From Clavelina lepadiformis (Eukaryota): a DNA stretch of 64,000 nucleotides. This document shows positions 1 through 11,214 of the stretch, piece by piece; within the stretch, counting starts at the first letter, position 1, and each line of letters begins with the position of its first letter. The notes under the pieces were generated by a model. That model did not search any database. It was not told the DNA's origin and worked only from the letters and a program-made list of their open reading frames with translations. Where the stretch lies: contig NC_135248.1 in assembly GCF_947623445.1 (NCBI RefSeq), positions 2,598,977 to 2,662,976 on the forward strand, in the 5' to 3' direction. The translations under genes and the position numbers were made by a program.

Positions 1-2461
1 TGCCCAACTCCGAATGAAGTATGGATTGTTGGGTACTCAATAGTACATCATGTGTATAGACAGCACGGATCAATATATTTTGTTCCTTTTTCTTCTGCTC
101 TCCCAAACCCACAGTAACCTCCCATCAGGAGAATCCAGAAGTCTAAACCATAGGTCGGCAACCAGCGGCTCTTTCATCTCTGTGCTCTGGTTCCCGCCAC
201 TCAGAGCCAATGAGCTGATTTAGGAAAACTTAATGTGATTAGCTAATGGTGGTTATTAGTGTCACGATGTAATAACTTAATGCGTTTGTCTGATTATTAT
301 TCAGATTGTTTTATGGTGATGTGGAAAATCTTATATAAACACTACCCAGTGGTTTTCGCGGGCATACAACGCATGACTGCTTGCCACTCACGTGATCCTA
401 AGTTTGTTTTTGTTCGAGGTCGCATGACTTGGATATTGGTCTTTGTTTGATGACTCTGCGGATGTTCATCGTTGTAGTGAGAATTTTGTGAGGTTAACTA
501 CTGAAGTTTTTACGTCTAACTGTAAAGCATTGGTTCGAATTATACATATAGCGTTAGGTTTTTTGTTTTAAGTATCCAATTAGGTGTTGTGGATCTGAGT
601 AGGCTTTAGTTTGGCGGAAACGAAACCAAATGGCTCTTTCAATGCTAAAGGTTGCCGACCCGTGACTAAACAATTCGCGTTTGACCACATTTTCTACTTT
701 GTTCTCCGGGATACCCAGATTACTCACCTAAAGTAATTCATGGTCGAACCGTTGATATTTTACCGCTTGGTATAGCAAGCATGACTTGTTTTGCAAGTTT
801 TTTTAGGCATTCTGGTGACTTCATCATACCATCCTAGTTAGTAATGTGACGGTTACGTCACGAGTCACGAGTTGTTTTCGAAATGCTGGAGTTTTATTTT
901 GGCATCTTGCAATTCAGTTGTTGATCGGACTTGAATTCTCTTCTAATGACGTTCAGATAAATTACCTCGCTTGATCTGGTGTGCCATATATATACTGTTG
1001 TCATGTTTGCAATTATTCCTTTACGTATCGATTTCACTGGTTACTACTGCGCAATGTAACATTCAGTCAGCTTTGCCCGAAGGTGAAAGCCTTTGTGTCT
1101 AATAATAAATAAAAATGGGAACTTTATCATTTAGTAATATGCATAGACAGAATTTAAGCAACTAACAGCATAGTCACGCCGTTTGAGAAATGAGAACTCA
1201 TATCGTTGAAGAAGAAGTAAAACAAGTTATTACCATCAACCGTCCTCGCTCATACTATAGTAATAGTCGTCAGTGTACGCGGTCTTTATGGCGAATATGT
1301 TTGTTGTGTAATACTTCACACAAGTAATACAGCAACGAAAATACTTATTTGTCATAGGAAATCGCAATTTGAAGAAGTAAGGGTAAGTTAAGGGCTTTAA
1401 TTTTTAGAGAATGGCGTATTGCAGTGTTGTTCTATTCATCTGGTATAAGTTATACCATGAACACTTTTTAGAAATTCTGATTCTGAAACATCCACTTTCA
1501 AGCGCAATTTATTGGTAAATGTCCAAGCTTCATGACCATAGATGGAAATTGGAAGAAAAACTGATTTAAAAAATGAGAGCTTAGCGGATATTAGAAAGGC
1601 CTCGCTTGTTGAAGTTCACGTATGACTGCACTTGCTTTTAAATTCAATCTTTGGTCGATCATGAGTTGCGTTACCAGGCGTTTGACTCCCACCTGCTTCG
1701 GTGTTTCTCCGCAGACTTGAAAAGAAAACCAATGAAAACCGAGTAAGGGTTTCAAGAGATTAAATTCCTCGGTTTTCTTTACGATTATTTTTATCTCGAA
1801 ATGAACAATCGCAAATAAACAAAGATCTCTGGCAACCACATTCACAGTGGACGGTGACTTGCAACTGTTTAATGTCTATTTTTCAAACAGAAACAACCTT
1901 TAGAACGTTTGTACCGCAGTTTAATGGCTATTATAATACTATTTAATGGTTGCTGTCAATATCATACTTGTGCAACGCTCTCCAAAGTTAAATTCGAAGC
2001 ACTCAATGTTACGTTTTTAGGGTCAGAAAAGCATACGTAGGTATTTTTGCGTATTCCTAAAAAGTTTGCAAATCTGGGAAAAAAATCGTTAAGAATAGAA
2101 CATGTTGTCCAAAAATAGAATAAAAAGCATTCGTTGTTAAATTTAGTAAACTTACCTACCCAAGCATAACTAGGCCAGCACAGAACACGAAAGCAAACAA
2201 TAATATATGTGAGTTTAAACAGTGCATTAAACCTTTAATTTTAAATCCATTTTTCTAATTTCAACTTAGAAAAACGTCTGTTGGTTAAAATGTGATTATC
2301 AGGATCAGCAAAGAAGAAAATAAAGCAAATAAATGACTCAAAATTTATACATATCGAATATTATTACGCAAATGAGTAACTTTTTGGTTACTAGTTACTG
2401 GAATTTTTCGAGTACTGTGTTATATTTTAATTTGGTAAATAAGTTAATTAACGCATGACAG

Positions 2462-2469
2462 TGACGTCA
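2462..2469. promoter_or_regulatory. Perfect CRE palindrome TGACGTCA upstream of the U1 collectin gene. Conserved in all five units (U2 ~10958, U3 ~19459, U4 ~26463, U5 ~32901).
   Basis: Motif reading only. It lies ~390 bp upstream of the ATG in U3-U5, and ~1.2 kb upstream in U1/U2 because of the MITE. A TATA-like ctatttataca sits ~115 bp upstream of the ATG. Confidence 0.3.
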
Positions 2470-2718
2470 GTACGACAAAGCAAATTCACAGTACACTGGT
2501 AGTAGCCGCATAAGATATACGTCACATTTATCTACCTGTCTCAGAGACATAATGTATTTGTTAAAGTCTTCGACCTTTTGAAATTGCTCCAGGGTAATAC
2601 TTTAAATTATTTTACTCGACACTATATCGCTTAACAAAGTGGTCAAGTCTATATGCAATATAGTACTTATATTTTTTAAATATTGCAATGCCTGTTTTTT
2701 AATGTTGCAGTTTAAATA

Positions 2719-3522
2719 AGGTACCTGTACCGAATAAGATCCAGTCCCTAATAAGGCCCATTGCTCATATTTCGCAAACCCGTGCAAATAAATGAAAGAT
2801 TTTGTCCCTACATAAAAACTAGTATAAATTCATGATGGTTTACCAGATTTCATCCTTGTCACGTGATCAACCGATTCGCTAGAGCACAACAAAAATTTGA
2901 TATTTGCAGTTAAGATGGTTTTGTTAATTTAGAAAAAAAAGTAAGTGAGAATTTGGCCGGTTAAATGAACTGTTGTCAGCCGGCTGAAGTTTTCATGTAA
3001 CAACCAACTTAGTATTGAAAAGGATAATGCACTTTTTTTTGCAAAAATTTTTCTGATGATAAAAATGTGACATTTTTTTGGTGGATGCCACATGCGCCTA
3101 ATAAGGCCCATACAAGATGCTTGGCTAATTGATGTCCAGACTTCAAGAGTGGTTCCAGTCATCAGTTGGCAAATTGTTGCAGTTACTTTGATGCGCCCAG
3201 TGGAATCTTTTTAAATGTTTGTACAACTTAAAATGTGAAATTTCTAATAATGTTATATGTTGTCTATTACTTTGTTTTGAATCAAAATACTCACAAAATT
3301 GGTGGGCCTTATTAGGAGCCTATGCTCCTAATAAGGCCCATTTTTTGGAATTTTTAATTTCTTTATAAGAATTTTTTGGAGGGTTGTCAGGTAATGTGGT
3401 TTTAATATGTTGTAGTCCTATACCCTCACTAATAGAATACGATTCTTCAGTCTATTCTCATTTATGGTTCTTGAGTTATTTTCAAAAAAGTGTTAGGTGG
3501 GCCTTATTCGGTACAGGTACCT
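2719..3522. mobile_element. 804-bp Tc1/mariner-type MITE (non-autonomous) with TA target-site duplication. Lies in the proximal promoter of the U1 collectin gene.
   Basis: Terminal inverted repeats AGGTACCTGTACCGAATAAG ... CTTATTCGGTACAGGTACCT. TA on both flanks. Internal palindromes cctaataaggccc/gggccttattagg, including a 42-bp perfect palindrome at ~3301-3342. The empty site gt(t/g)taaaTAataggac is preserved in U3, U4 and U5. No ORF. Confidence 0.8.
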
Positions 3523-3661
3523 TAATAGGACTATTTGTACCAAAAACCACGTCATAAGTGCCCGCAAAAATATCGTTTATGTTGTTTTTATTTTCAATGT
3601 TCAACCTTAAGTCTATTTTCTAATAGATTAAGTCATTGTTCTGAAAAGTAATCACTAAGAC

Positions 3662-3914
3662 ATGATGATGATGATGCTTGTATGCTTCTTATTTGTCACC
3701 GCATCACTTGTAAACGGACAAGATTACTTGACTTGCTTGAGAAACAGTGACGCATTTGCTGGTATCAACCCTCAAGACACAGTATCCAACATTCGGGGCC
3801 CGCCAGGTTACCCTGGTAAACGGGGAAGTCCAGGTGACAGGGGTCTACAAGGTGACAAAGGTTCCAAGGGTGAACCCGGATCATCCGACCGTGAAGAAAT
3901 TAGACGCTTAAGAG
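3662..3914 (+). CDS. collectin-like C-type lectin, exon 1 of 4 (U1): signal peptide plus collagen-like region
   Basis: ORF 3662-3925 encodes MMMMMLVCFLFVTASLVNG (signal peptide) then GPPGYPGKRGSPGDRGLQGDKGSKGEPGSS, which is 10 Gly-X-Y triplets. Donor is AG|GTGTGC at 3915, phase 1. Confidence 0.7.
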
Positions 3915-4073
3915 GTGTGCGTTAGATCATACACTGACGTAGTGAATTGAACTGTTTCAATTTTCTCCTGATTTTATTTGCAATACATTATGTGGTCATA
4001 CTTGTAAGCTTTCAAAAATCATGTGACAATTTTGTTAGTTATGAATGTTTTATGCAGCTGATTTGCTTTTCAG

Positions 4074-4139
4074 AAACCCAAGCTCTTATAAATATCGCCA
4101 TAAGACCACTTCAGGACAAAATATCACGCCTGTGTCAAG
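4074..4139 (+). CDS. collectin-like gene, exon 2 (U1): neck
   Basis: Acceptor ttttcag|, 66 nt, phase 1 to phase 1, encoding ETQALINIAIRPLQDKISRLCQ. Donor AAG|GTTTGG. The acceptor choice is supported because a 1-bp deletion in U3 just upstream of it keeps this frame but breaks the alternative (tatgcag|ctg). Confidence 0.55.
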
Positions 4140-4240
4140 GTTTGGTGCCGTTGTTAATAATAATGTTTTCTTTGATATGATCTTATCGAGTTTTTAGATT
4201 TGTTAAAAAATAACCTGACTTTTTTCATCCTATCAGAAGT
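4091..4240 (+). repeat. 150-bp direct duplication flanking the MULE-like insert, copy A. Contains the 3' 49 nt of exon 2 plus its donor. Copy B is at 5430-5578.
   Basis: Sequence aatatcgccataagaccacttcaggacaaaatatcacgcctgtg(t/c)caaggtttg...cctatcagaagt occurs once in U3, U4 and U5 but twice in U1/U2. The two copies are ~8% diverged. Confidence 0.8.
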
Positions 4241-5429
4241 GGTATACCGACACTTAATCACGCGACACTTAATCACTCGACACTTAATCACCGACACATA
4301 ATCACTAGAACATTTAATCACGCGACACATAATCACTTGGATGCGACAGCACTTGGACAGCGCCTTTGTCTATACTCTATAGCCTGTCTATACCGTCTTT
4401 GTTCTTTCAACTGTACACAGTACATTTTGAACTTGTTCCCGGTCTTATTTCTGCAGCAGTTTACTGCCTCGTTCAAAATAAAACGCGAGCAACCTACGAT
4501 CGCTTCCTTGATGCAATTAAAACAATGATCCCCACTGCTGCACCGGAATGCGTTTTGCTCGATTTTGAGACTGCCGCAGTAAGTGCTTTCCGCACAGCAT
4601 TTCCTACTGCAAATGTTAGGAGTTGTTATTTTCACCTTACACAAAGCGTCCTGCGCAAAGTTAATGAAATTGGCATGAAATGTGACTACGAGTCTGATGA
4701 GTGATGACGAATTAAGAACAGCTGATAGGTGTTTACCAGCCTTAGCCATGGTCCCTTCCTCTGACGTAGTCGAGTCATTTCTGATCTTAGCTGATAGCAT
4801 GCCCGATCACGAGAAGATGCCTGAGCTGCTTTCGTATTTCGAACACACATATATCAGAGGCAGACGACATCCGGGACGTGGTGAAAATTACGGCTCAGCC
4901 ATCTTTCCAATCGAAAGTTGGAATCATTACGAAGCCGGGGCAGGTTGCATTGCAAGAACCACAAATGCAGTCGAAGGTTGGCATTTTGGTCTCGAAGTGC
5001 TTTTTCAATGCCACCACCCGACATTGTGGACTTTCATACAGGGAATTGAAAAAGACATTCAAATGCAACGTGCAAAGTTTCTGCAAGGAATTGCTGGTAC
5101 TCAACCTTCTATTCCAATACGGTACAAGGCACTGAAACTGCGCGTGCAAAACACAGTTGACCGTTATCTGTCAAGAGATTTTAGTTTATCTTCGTGCAGT
5201 TGCTTACATTTCCCATGCATGACATTGTTACCGAGTGTGTACCGTAGCCTTATCTGCGCAAGCAATGTTTAATCATTTTAACAAGTTCTTTTCAGGTTTA
5301 TATTTGTTTTTTCGTGTGTAGACATGCAATTTTCGATACTGTAAATGTGTGATTAAATGTCCGAGTGATTAGGCCTATGTGTCGGTGATTAAGTGTCGCG
5401 TGATTAAGTGTCACCAAACCATCAGAAGT
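4241..5429 (+). mobile_element. MULE (Mutator-like) DNA transposon remnant in intron 2 of the U1 collectin gene
   Basis: Terminal inverted repeats of ~85-95 bp (4241-4336 and 5347-5429) built from tandem 14-bp subrepeats cgacacttaatcac (gtgattaagtgtcg at the other end). Internal ORFs 4366-4704 and 4682-5272 (frameshifted) carry the MULE core motif LLDFETAAVSAFRTAFPTANVRSCYFHLTQSV and the motif TTNAVEGWHFGL. The ~300 aa total is too short to be autonomous. Confidence 0.6.
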
Positions 5430-5578
5430 AATATCGCCATAAGACCACTTCAGGACAAAATATCACGCCTGTGCCAAGGTTTGATGCCGTTGTTAATAAT
5501 GATGTTTCTTTGATATGATCTTATCGAGTTATTAGATTTGTTAAAAAAGAACCCCACTTTTTTCATCCTATCAGAAGT
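5430..5578 (+). repeat. 150-bp flanking duplication, copy B. Carries a second potential donor (CCAAG|GTTTGA) 1.3 kb downstream of exon 2.
   Basis: See copy A. Confidence 0.8.
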
Positions 5579-6004
5579 AACGCCATGCGAGCAAAGTTGT
5601 TTTGTTTGACTGTGTTTTCGCTGTTTTCTGCGCACGTACGAAAATTCTCCTGCTGGTCGGCTACATTCTGCCCTTTCACGCTTTAGATTTAAATTCATTT
5701 AAAATAAATTCAACAGGATGTTATGAAAGCCATTATAACTGGCGTTGAAAAGTACGTAGTTCAGACCGAAAATGCTAGTTCTTGACTATCCCTTGGAAGC
5801 TTGTAGTATCAACCATGCTCAGAAATCAGGAACGTATCTGAAAGTCTTTAGTCGGCCTATACTAAGCTAATAAAAAATTGAAAATTTGTTATTTAACTCG
5901 TTTCTTCTTTGTACTTCTTCCTAAATGATATACTATGCTTATCAATGCTGACACTGGCAGTTTCTTATTGGATTAATTACTTTTTACAACTACTTCTTTC
6001 CAAG

Positions 6005-6152
6005 TTGCTGAAAGTGGTTGGTATACGCCGTTTAACGGATATCAATATCGCCTTACTGAAACTGAACAAAACTGGCAAGAAAGTCGACGTTTGTGCCAAG
6101 CAATGGGCGGTGATCTGGCCGCTGTTGGAATGAGGAACGTCGTCATTCGAAG
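6005..6152 (+). CDS. collectin-like gene, exon 3 (U1): N-terminal half of the C-type lectin domain
   Basis: Acceptor ccaag|, 148 nt, phase 1. Encodes (V)AESGWYTPFNGYQYRLTETEQNWQESRRLCQAMGGDLAAVGMRNVVIR, a typical CTLD start (GW..F.G..Y....T..W..A...C...GG.LA). Donor AG|GTTAGA. Confidence 0.7.
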
Positions 6153-6260
6153 GTTAGAAGTGGAATAAAACTGTCACATAAATGAAATATTACCACAACC
6201 ACGTCCAGAAATGTGCATCACTGTAATGGCAGAAGACAACGAAGTAACGTTTTTTTGCAG

Positions 6261-6525
6261 GAAACTTCTCACCGAAGTATTTAAATTTGTCCAAAATGTG
6301 TGGATAGGACTGAATGACATTTCCCGAGAAGGACAGTGGATGTGGATAGACGGTGTACAAGCGGCTGAAGGAAACGTCAACTGGTTAGCTGGTGAACCAA
6401 ACAATTCAGGAGATGAAGATTGTGCTGTGGTGAATGTGCCTGGCCACAACGGTGCAGTCGATTATCCATGTTCCTGGACCAAAATCGCTTTATGTGAAAA
6501 AATTGTCACAGACACTTGTCAGTAA
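6261..6525 (+). CDS. collectin-like gene, exon 4 (U1): C-terminal half of the CTLD with EPN motif, then stop
   Basis: Acceptor tttttttgcag|. Encodes KLLTEVFKFVQNVWIGLNDISREGQWMWIDG...AGEPNNSGDEDCAVVN...ALCEK. Stop TAA at 6523-6525. AATAAA at ~6654 and ~6666. Confidence 0.75.
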
Positions 6526-8116
6526 GAGTTTGTGCAAAACTTGTGTCGTCTGCTTTTGATTGCAAAATTCCGTTTGCTGTCATCCATCTGAGTATTACGT
6601 CATTACGTATAATCTTCCAGTGAACGCTTTAAAAACACGGATAAACTTGTAAAAATAAAACTATAAATAAACTACCTAACACGAAGCAGAGGTGATTAAT
6701 AGCAGAATGCACGTAAAACATTTTATTCGACTCTGTTTAACTTGCATGTATGTTTTCTACGACGTCCTGCATTCATCAGCAGCGTTAAAGTTGGAATGAT
6801 GTAAATAACGGAAATTAATCAATAAACAACAACAACAATGTTTTAACAAGATAAAGAATATCATTGCTTCTCAGCCGGTGAGTCGCAAAGCTTTTTCAGG
6901 TGGGCCACGTAGATTGCTGAAATGTTTCTTTGCAAAACTGCAATATCTGTACCGCAAATGGGCGCCACCCACCGGCGGACCCAGCAACAACTAATATTGC
7001 ACACAAAAAAAGACAATTGAAGTATGGACAAGTGTTCAGTCGAGTCGTTGCAGTGAACGATAGCGTAATACGCGGACTAATTTGAATGCTGCAGACCCAA
7101 CGGTTCATAAGATTTCACCTACGCATGAAATTGCAGAGATGATTGCAAAATTAACATGAGGTATCATATAAGTATATAATCGTTTTCCCTCAATGCCAAC
7201 ACAGTTACAACAAAAACAAAAAAAGAAAATAAGCATTAATGCTGGTTATGCAAAAGCACATGACGAAGGTGTTAAACTGCTTACTTATCAATAATGCAAT
7301 TCTTTGGGTTGATTTGAACGGTATGACTTCGCTTTACATGTATATTTACTACAGAAATGGCTGCAAGAACAAGAGTTATAATGATGCAACACTGCCCAAT
7401 AAATGCGATCGTAAACATACACCGCAAAGTTAAGATTATTATCATTCCCATAATTTTGTGTGTCATTGTAAACGCTGTACTATTATTTGGTTCAAAAGTA
7501 GTGGATGGTTGTTGTTTTGCACCGACTGGTAATAGGATCGCGGGTTGTTAATACGTCAACAGTAGCAATCGTACACAACAACGCAAGGCTTGAAAGGGAA
7601 CATTGTGAAAGCCGTTTAGAAAAAGGTACAATGTGCTTTGTCCTAAGGTGCAAATCGATTTTTTCCAGAAAACAAAGTAAGTCCTACAGGACAAAAAGCC
7701 AAACTTCGTTATTTCAGTTTGTTTCATTTCAAAGAACGCTATTGAGACTAAAAACTCTGATACTGACAGTGAACGGTTTATCAGCTTACAGAAACAGTGT
7801 AGTTTGAAAAGTTTTCATGCGTGAAATTTGAGAAAACATTTTGCAACATGTTAATTGATTGAAGATCCTGAAAAGTATAGAAAATTAATTAAGATTAAAG
7901 ATAACAAAAATGTAAAAGTAAAACAGCAAGAAAAATGATGACAAGTTGAGGGAAAATCATTTGTTTACTACGCGACTGGTTACAGTTTTCGTGAATCGGT
8001 CACCGACATTTTGCCGTCACACAACACACAAAATTTAAAACCAAAGCTCAGTTAGTGTTATCATAAATACATAAGTAGCCTTTACACAATACACATAAAA
8101 ACAAATATACACAGTA

Positions 8117-8150
8117 TATATATATATATATATATATATATACTGTGTAA
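8117..8150. repeat. (TA)n microsatellite embedded in a palindrome cacagta(ta)n tactgtg. Also at 16613-16646.
   Basis: Direct reading. U3 and U4 have only a few TA units at the orthologous site. Confidence 0.9.
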
Positions 8151-11100
8151 TGTGTATATAAACTACCCGCAATTTGTCTTAACATTTTGTGTGTTATGCA
8201 AAGTGTAGTCGGTTGTGAAATAAATGGTAAGAAAAAAACGAACCGTAGCAGATATGACAGATAAATAAGCGCGTTGGTAGATCTCGTTATTTTAGAATGA
8301 GAGGCAAGTGCCGTAATAAGTTAACTTGAAAGTAATAAAAGGCTTTGTGTAAGTTCACTTGAAAATTTATGTTCATGAGTATTTATAAGAACCAAGCATT
8401 TAGCTCCAAAAGTCTGCCGCAAAATGTCGCAAATTTACCACTCACTGTAAACTGGGTGTTGAGAATTTTGACGCTTCAATGTAAAATCGACTTGCATGCC
8501 CAACTCCGAATGAAGTATGGATTGTTGGGTACTCAATAGTACATCATGTGTATAGACAGCACGGATCAATATATTTTGTTCCTTTTTCTTCTGCTCTCCC
8601 AAACCCACAGTAACCTCCCATCAGGAGAATCCAGAAGTCTAAACCATAGGTCGGCAACCAGCGGCTCTTTCATCTCTGTGCTCTGGTTCCCGCCACTCAG
8701 AGCCAATGAGCTGATTTAGGAAAACTTAATGTGATTAGCTAATGGTGGTTATTAGTGTCACGATGTAATAACTTAATGCGTTTGTCTGATTATTATTCAG
8801 ATTGTTTTATGGTGATGTGGAAAATCTTATATAAACACTACCCAGTGGTTTTCGCGGGCATACAACGCATGACTGCTTGCCACTCACGTGATCCTAAGTT
8901 TGTTTTTGTTCGAGGTCGCATGACTTGGATATTGGTCTTTGTTTGATGACTCTGCGGATGTTCATCGTTGTAGTGAGAATTTTGTGAGGTTAACTACTGA
9001 AGTTTTTACGTCTAACTGTAAAGCATTGGTTCGAATTATACATATAGCGTTAGGTTTTTTGTTTTAAGTATCCAATTAGGTGTTGTGGATCTGAGTAGGC
9101 TTTAGTTTGGCGGAAACGAAACCAAATGGCTCTTTCAATGCTAAAGGTTGCCGACCCGTGACTAAACAATTCGCGTTTGACCACATTTTCTACTTTGTTC
9201 TCCGGGATACCCAGATTACTCACCTAAAGTAATTCATGGTCGAACCGTTGATATTTTACCGCTTGGTATAGCAAGCATGACTTGTTTTGCAAGTTTTTTT
9301 AGGCATTCTGGTGACTTCATCATACCATCCTAGTTAGTAATGTGACGGTTACGTCACGAGTCACGAGTTGTTTTCGAAATGCTGGAGTTTTATTTTGGCA
9401 TCTTGCAATTCAGTTGTTGATCGGACTTGAATTCTCTTCTAATGACGTTCAGATAAATTACCTCGCTTGATCTGGTGTGCCATATATATACTGTTGTCAT
9501 GTTTGCAATTATTCCTTTACGTATCGATTTCACTGGTTACTACTGCGCAATGTAACATTCAGTCAGCTTTGCCCGAAGGTGAAAGCCTTTGTGTCTAATA
9601 ATAAATAAAAATGGGAACTTTATCATTTAGTAATATGCATAGACAGAATTTAAGCAACTAACAGCATAGTCACGCCGTTTGAGAAATGAGAACTCATATC
9701 GTTGAAGAAGAAGTAAAACAAGTTATTACCATCAACCGTCCTCGCTCATACTATAGTAATAGTCGTCAGTGTACGCGGTCTTTATGGCGAATATGTTTGT
9801 TGTGTAATACTTCACACAAGTAATACAGCAACGAAAATACTTATTTGTCATAGGAAATCGCAATTTGAAGAAGTAAGGGTAAGTTAAGGGCTTTAATTTT
9901 TAGAGAATGGCGTATTGCAGTGTTGTTCTATTCATCTGGTATAAGTTATACCATGAACACTTTTTAGAAATTCTGATTCTGAAACATCCACTTTCAAGCG
10001 CAATTTATTGGTAAATGTCCAAGCTTCATGACCATAGATGGAAATTGGAAGAAAAACTGATTTAAAAAATGAGAGCTTAGCGGATATTAGAAAGGCCTCG
10101 CTTGTTGAAGTTCACGTATGACTGCACTTGCTTTTAAATTCAATCTTTGGTCGATCATGAGTTGCGTTACCAGGCGTTTGACTCCCACCTGCTTCGGTGT
10201 TTCTCCGCAGACTTGAAAAGAAAACCAATGAAAACCGAGTAAGGGTTTCAAGAGATTAAATTCCTCGGTTTTCTTTACGATTATTTTTATCTCGAAATGA
10301 ACAATCGCAAATAAACAAAGATCTCTGGCAACCACATTCACAGTGGACGGTGACTTGCAACTGTTTAATGTCTATTTTTCAAACAGAAACAACCTTTAGA
10401 ACGTTTGTACCGCAGTTTAATGGCTATTATAATACTATTTAATGGTTGCTGTCAATATCATACTTGTGCAACGCTCTCCAAAGTTAAATTCGAAGCACTC
10501 AATGTTACGTTTTTAGGGTCAGAAAAGCATACGTAGGTATTTTTGCGTATTCCTAAAAAGTTTGCAAATCTGGGAAAAAAATCGTTAAGAATAGAACATG
10601 TTGTCCAAAAATAGAATAAAAAGCATTCGTTGTTAAATTTAGTAAACTTACCTACCCAAGCATAACTAGGCCAGCACAGAACACGAAAGCAAACAATAAT
10701 ATATGTGAGTTTAAACAGTGCATTAAACCTTTAATTTTAAATCCATTTTTCTAATTTCAACTTAGAAAAACGTCTGTTGGTTAAAATGTGATTATCAGGA
10801 TCAGCAAAGAAGAAAATAAAGCAAATAAATGACTCAAAATTTATACATATCGAATATTATTACGCAAATGAGTAACTTTTTGGTTACTAGTTACTGGAAT
10901 TTTTCGAGTACTGTGTTATATTTTAATTTGGTAAATAAGTTAATTAACGCATGACAGTGACGTCAGTACGACAAAGCAAATTCACAGTACACTGGTAGTA
11001 GCCGCATAAGATATACGTCACATTTATCTACCTGTCTCAGAGACATAATGTATTTGTTAAAGTCTTCGACCTTTTGAAATTGCTCCAGGGTAATACTTTA

Positions 11101-11214
11101 AATTATTTTACTCGACACTATATCGCTTAACAAAGTGGTCAAGTCTATATGCAATATAGTACTTATATTTTTTAAATATTGCAATGCCTGTTTTTTAATG
11201 TTGCAGTTTAAATA

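Noticed and set aside
259-450. 63-aa ORF MSRCNNLMRL... recurring in every unit (259, 8755, 17251, 23599, 30669)
   Set aside because: Its conservation is explained by whole-unit duplication. It has no domain-like sequence, no splice context and sits in an AT-rich non-coding stretch. I used it only as a unit-phase anchor.
1591-1845. 84-aa minus-strand ORF MNVVARDLCLFAIVHFEIK..., also conserved in U2-U5
   Set aside because: It has no recognisable domain. The copies differ by indels that would break a real CDS (U4 and U5 versions are truncated or diverged). It is most likely a chance ORF carried along by unit similarity.
3662-3925. Collagen-like ORF as a bacterial or phage collagen-like protein
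   Set aside because: It ends at a consensus splice donor and is followed in phase by neck and CTLD exons. This is a eukaryotic collectin architecture.
4333-4800. 155-aa minus-strand ORF overlapping the MULE transposase region
   Set aside because: It is antisense to the transposase-homologous frame. The plus-strand frame carries the recognisable MULE motifs, so this minus-strand ORF is a shadow ORF.
6174-6449. Minus-strand ORFs antisense to the CTLD exon 4 (also 14670-14945, 21123-21353, 34606-34836)
   Set aside because: They are shadow ORFs of the strongly supported plus-strand lectin exon.
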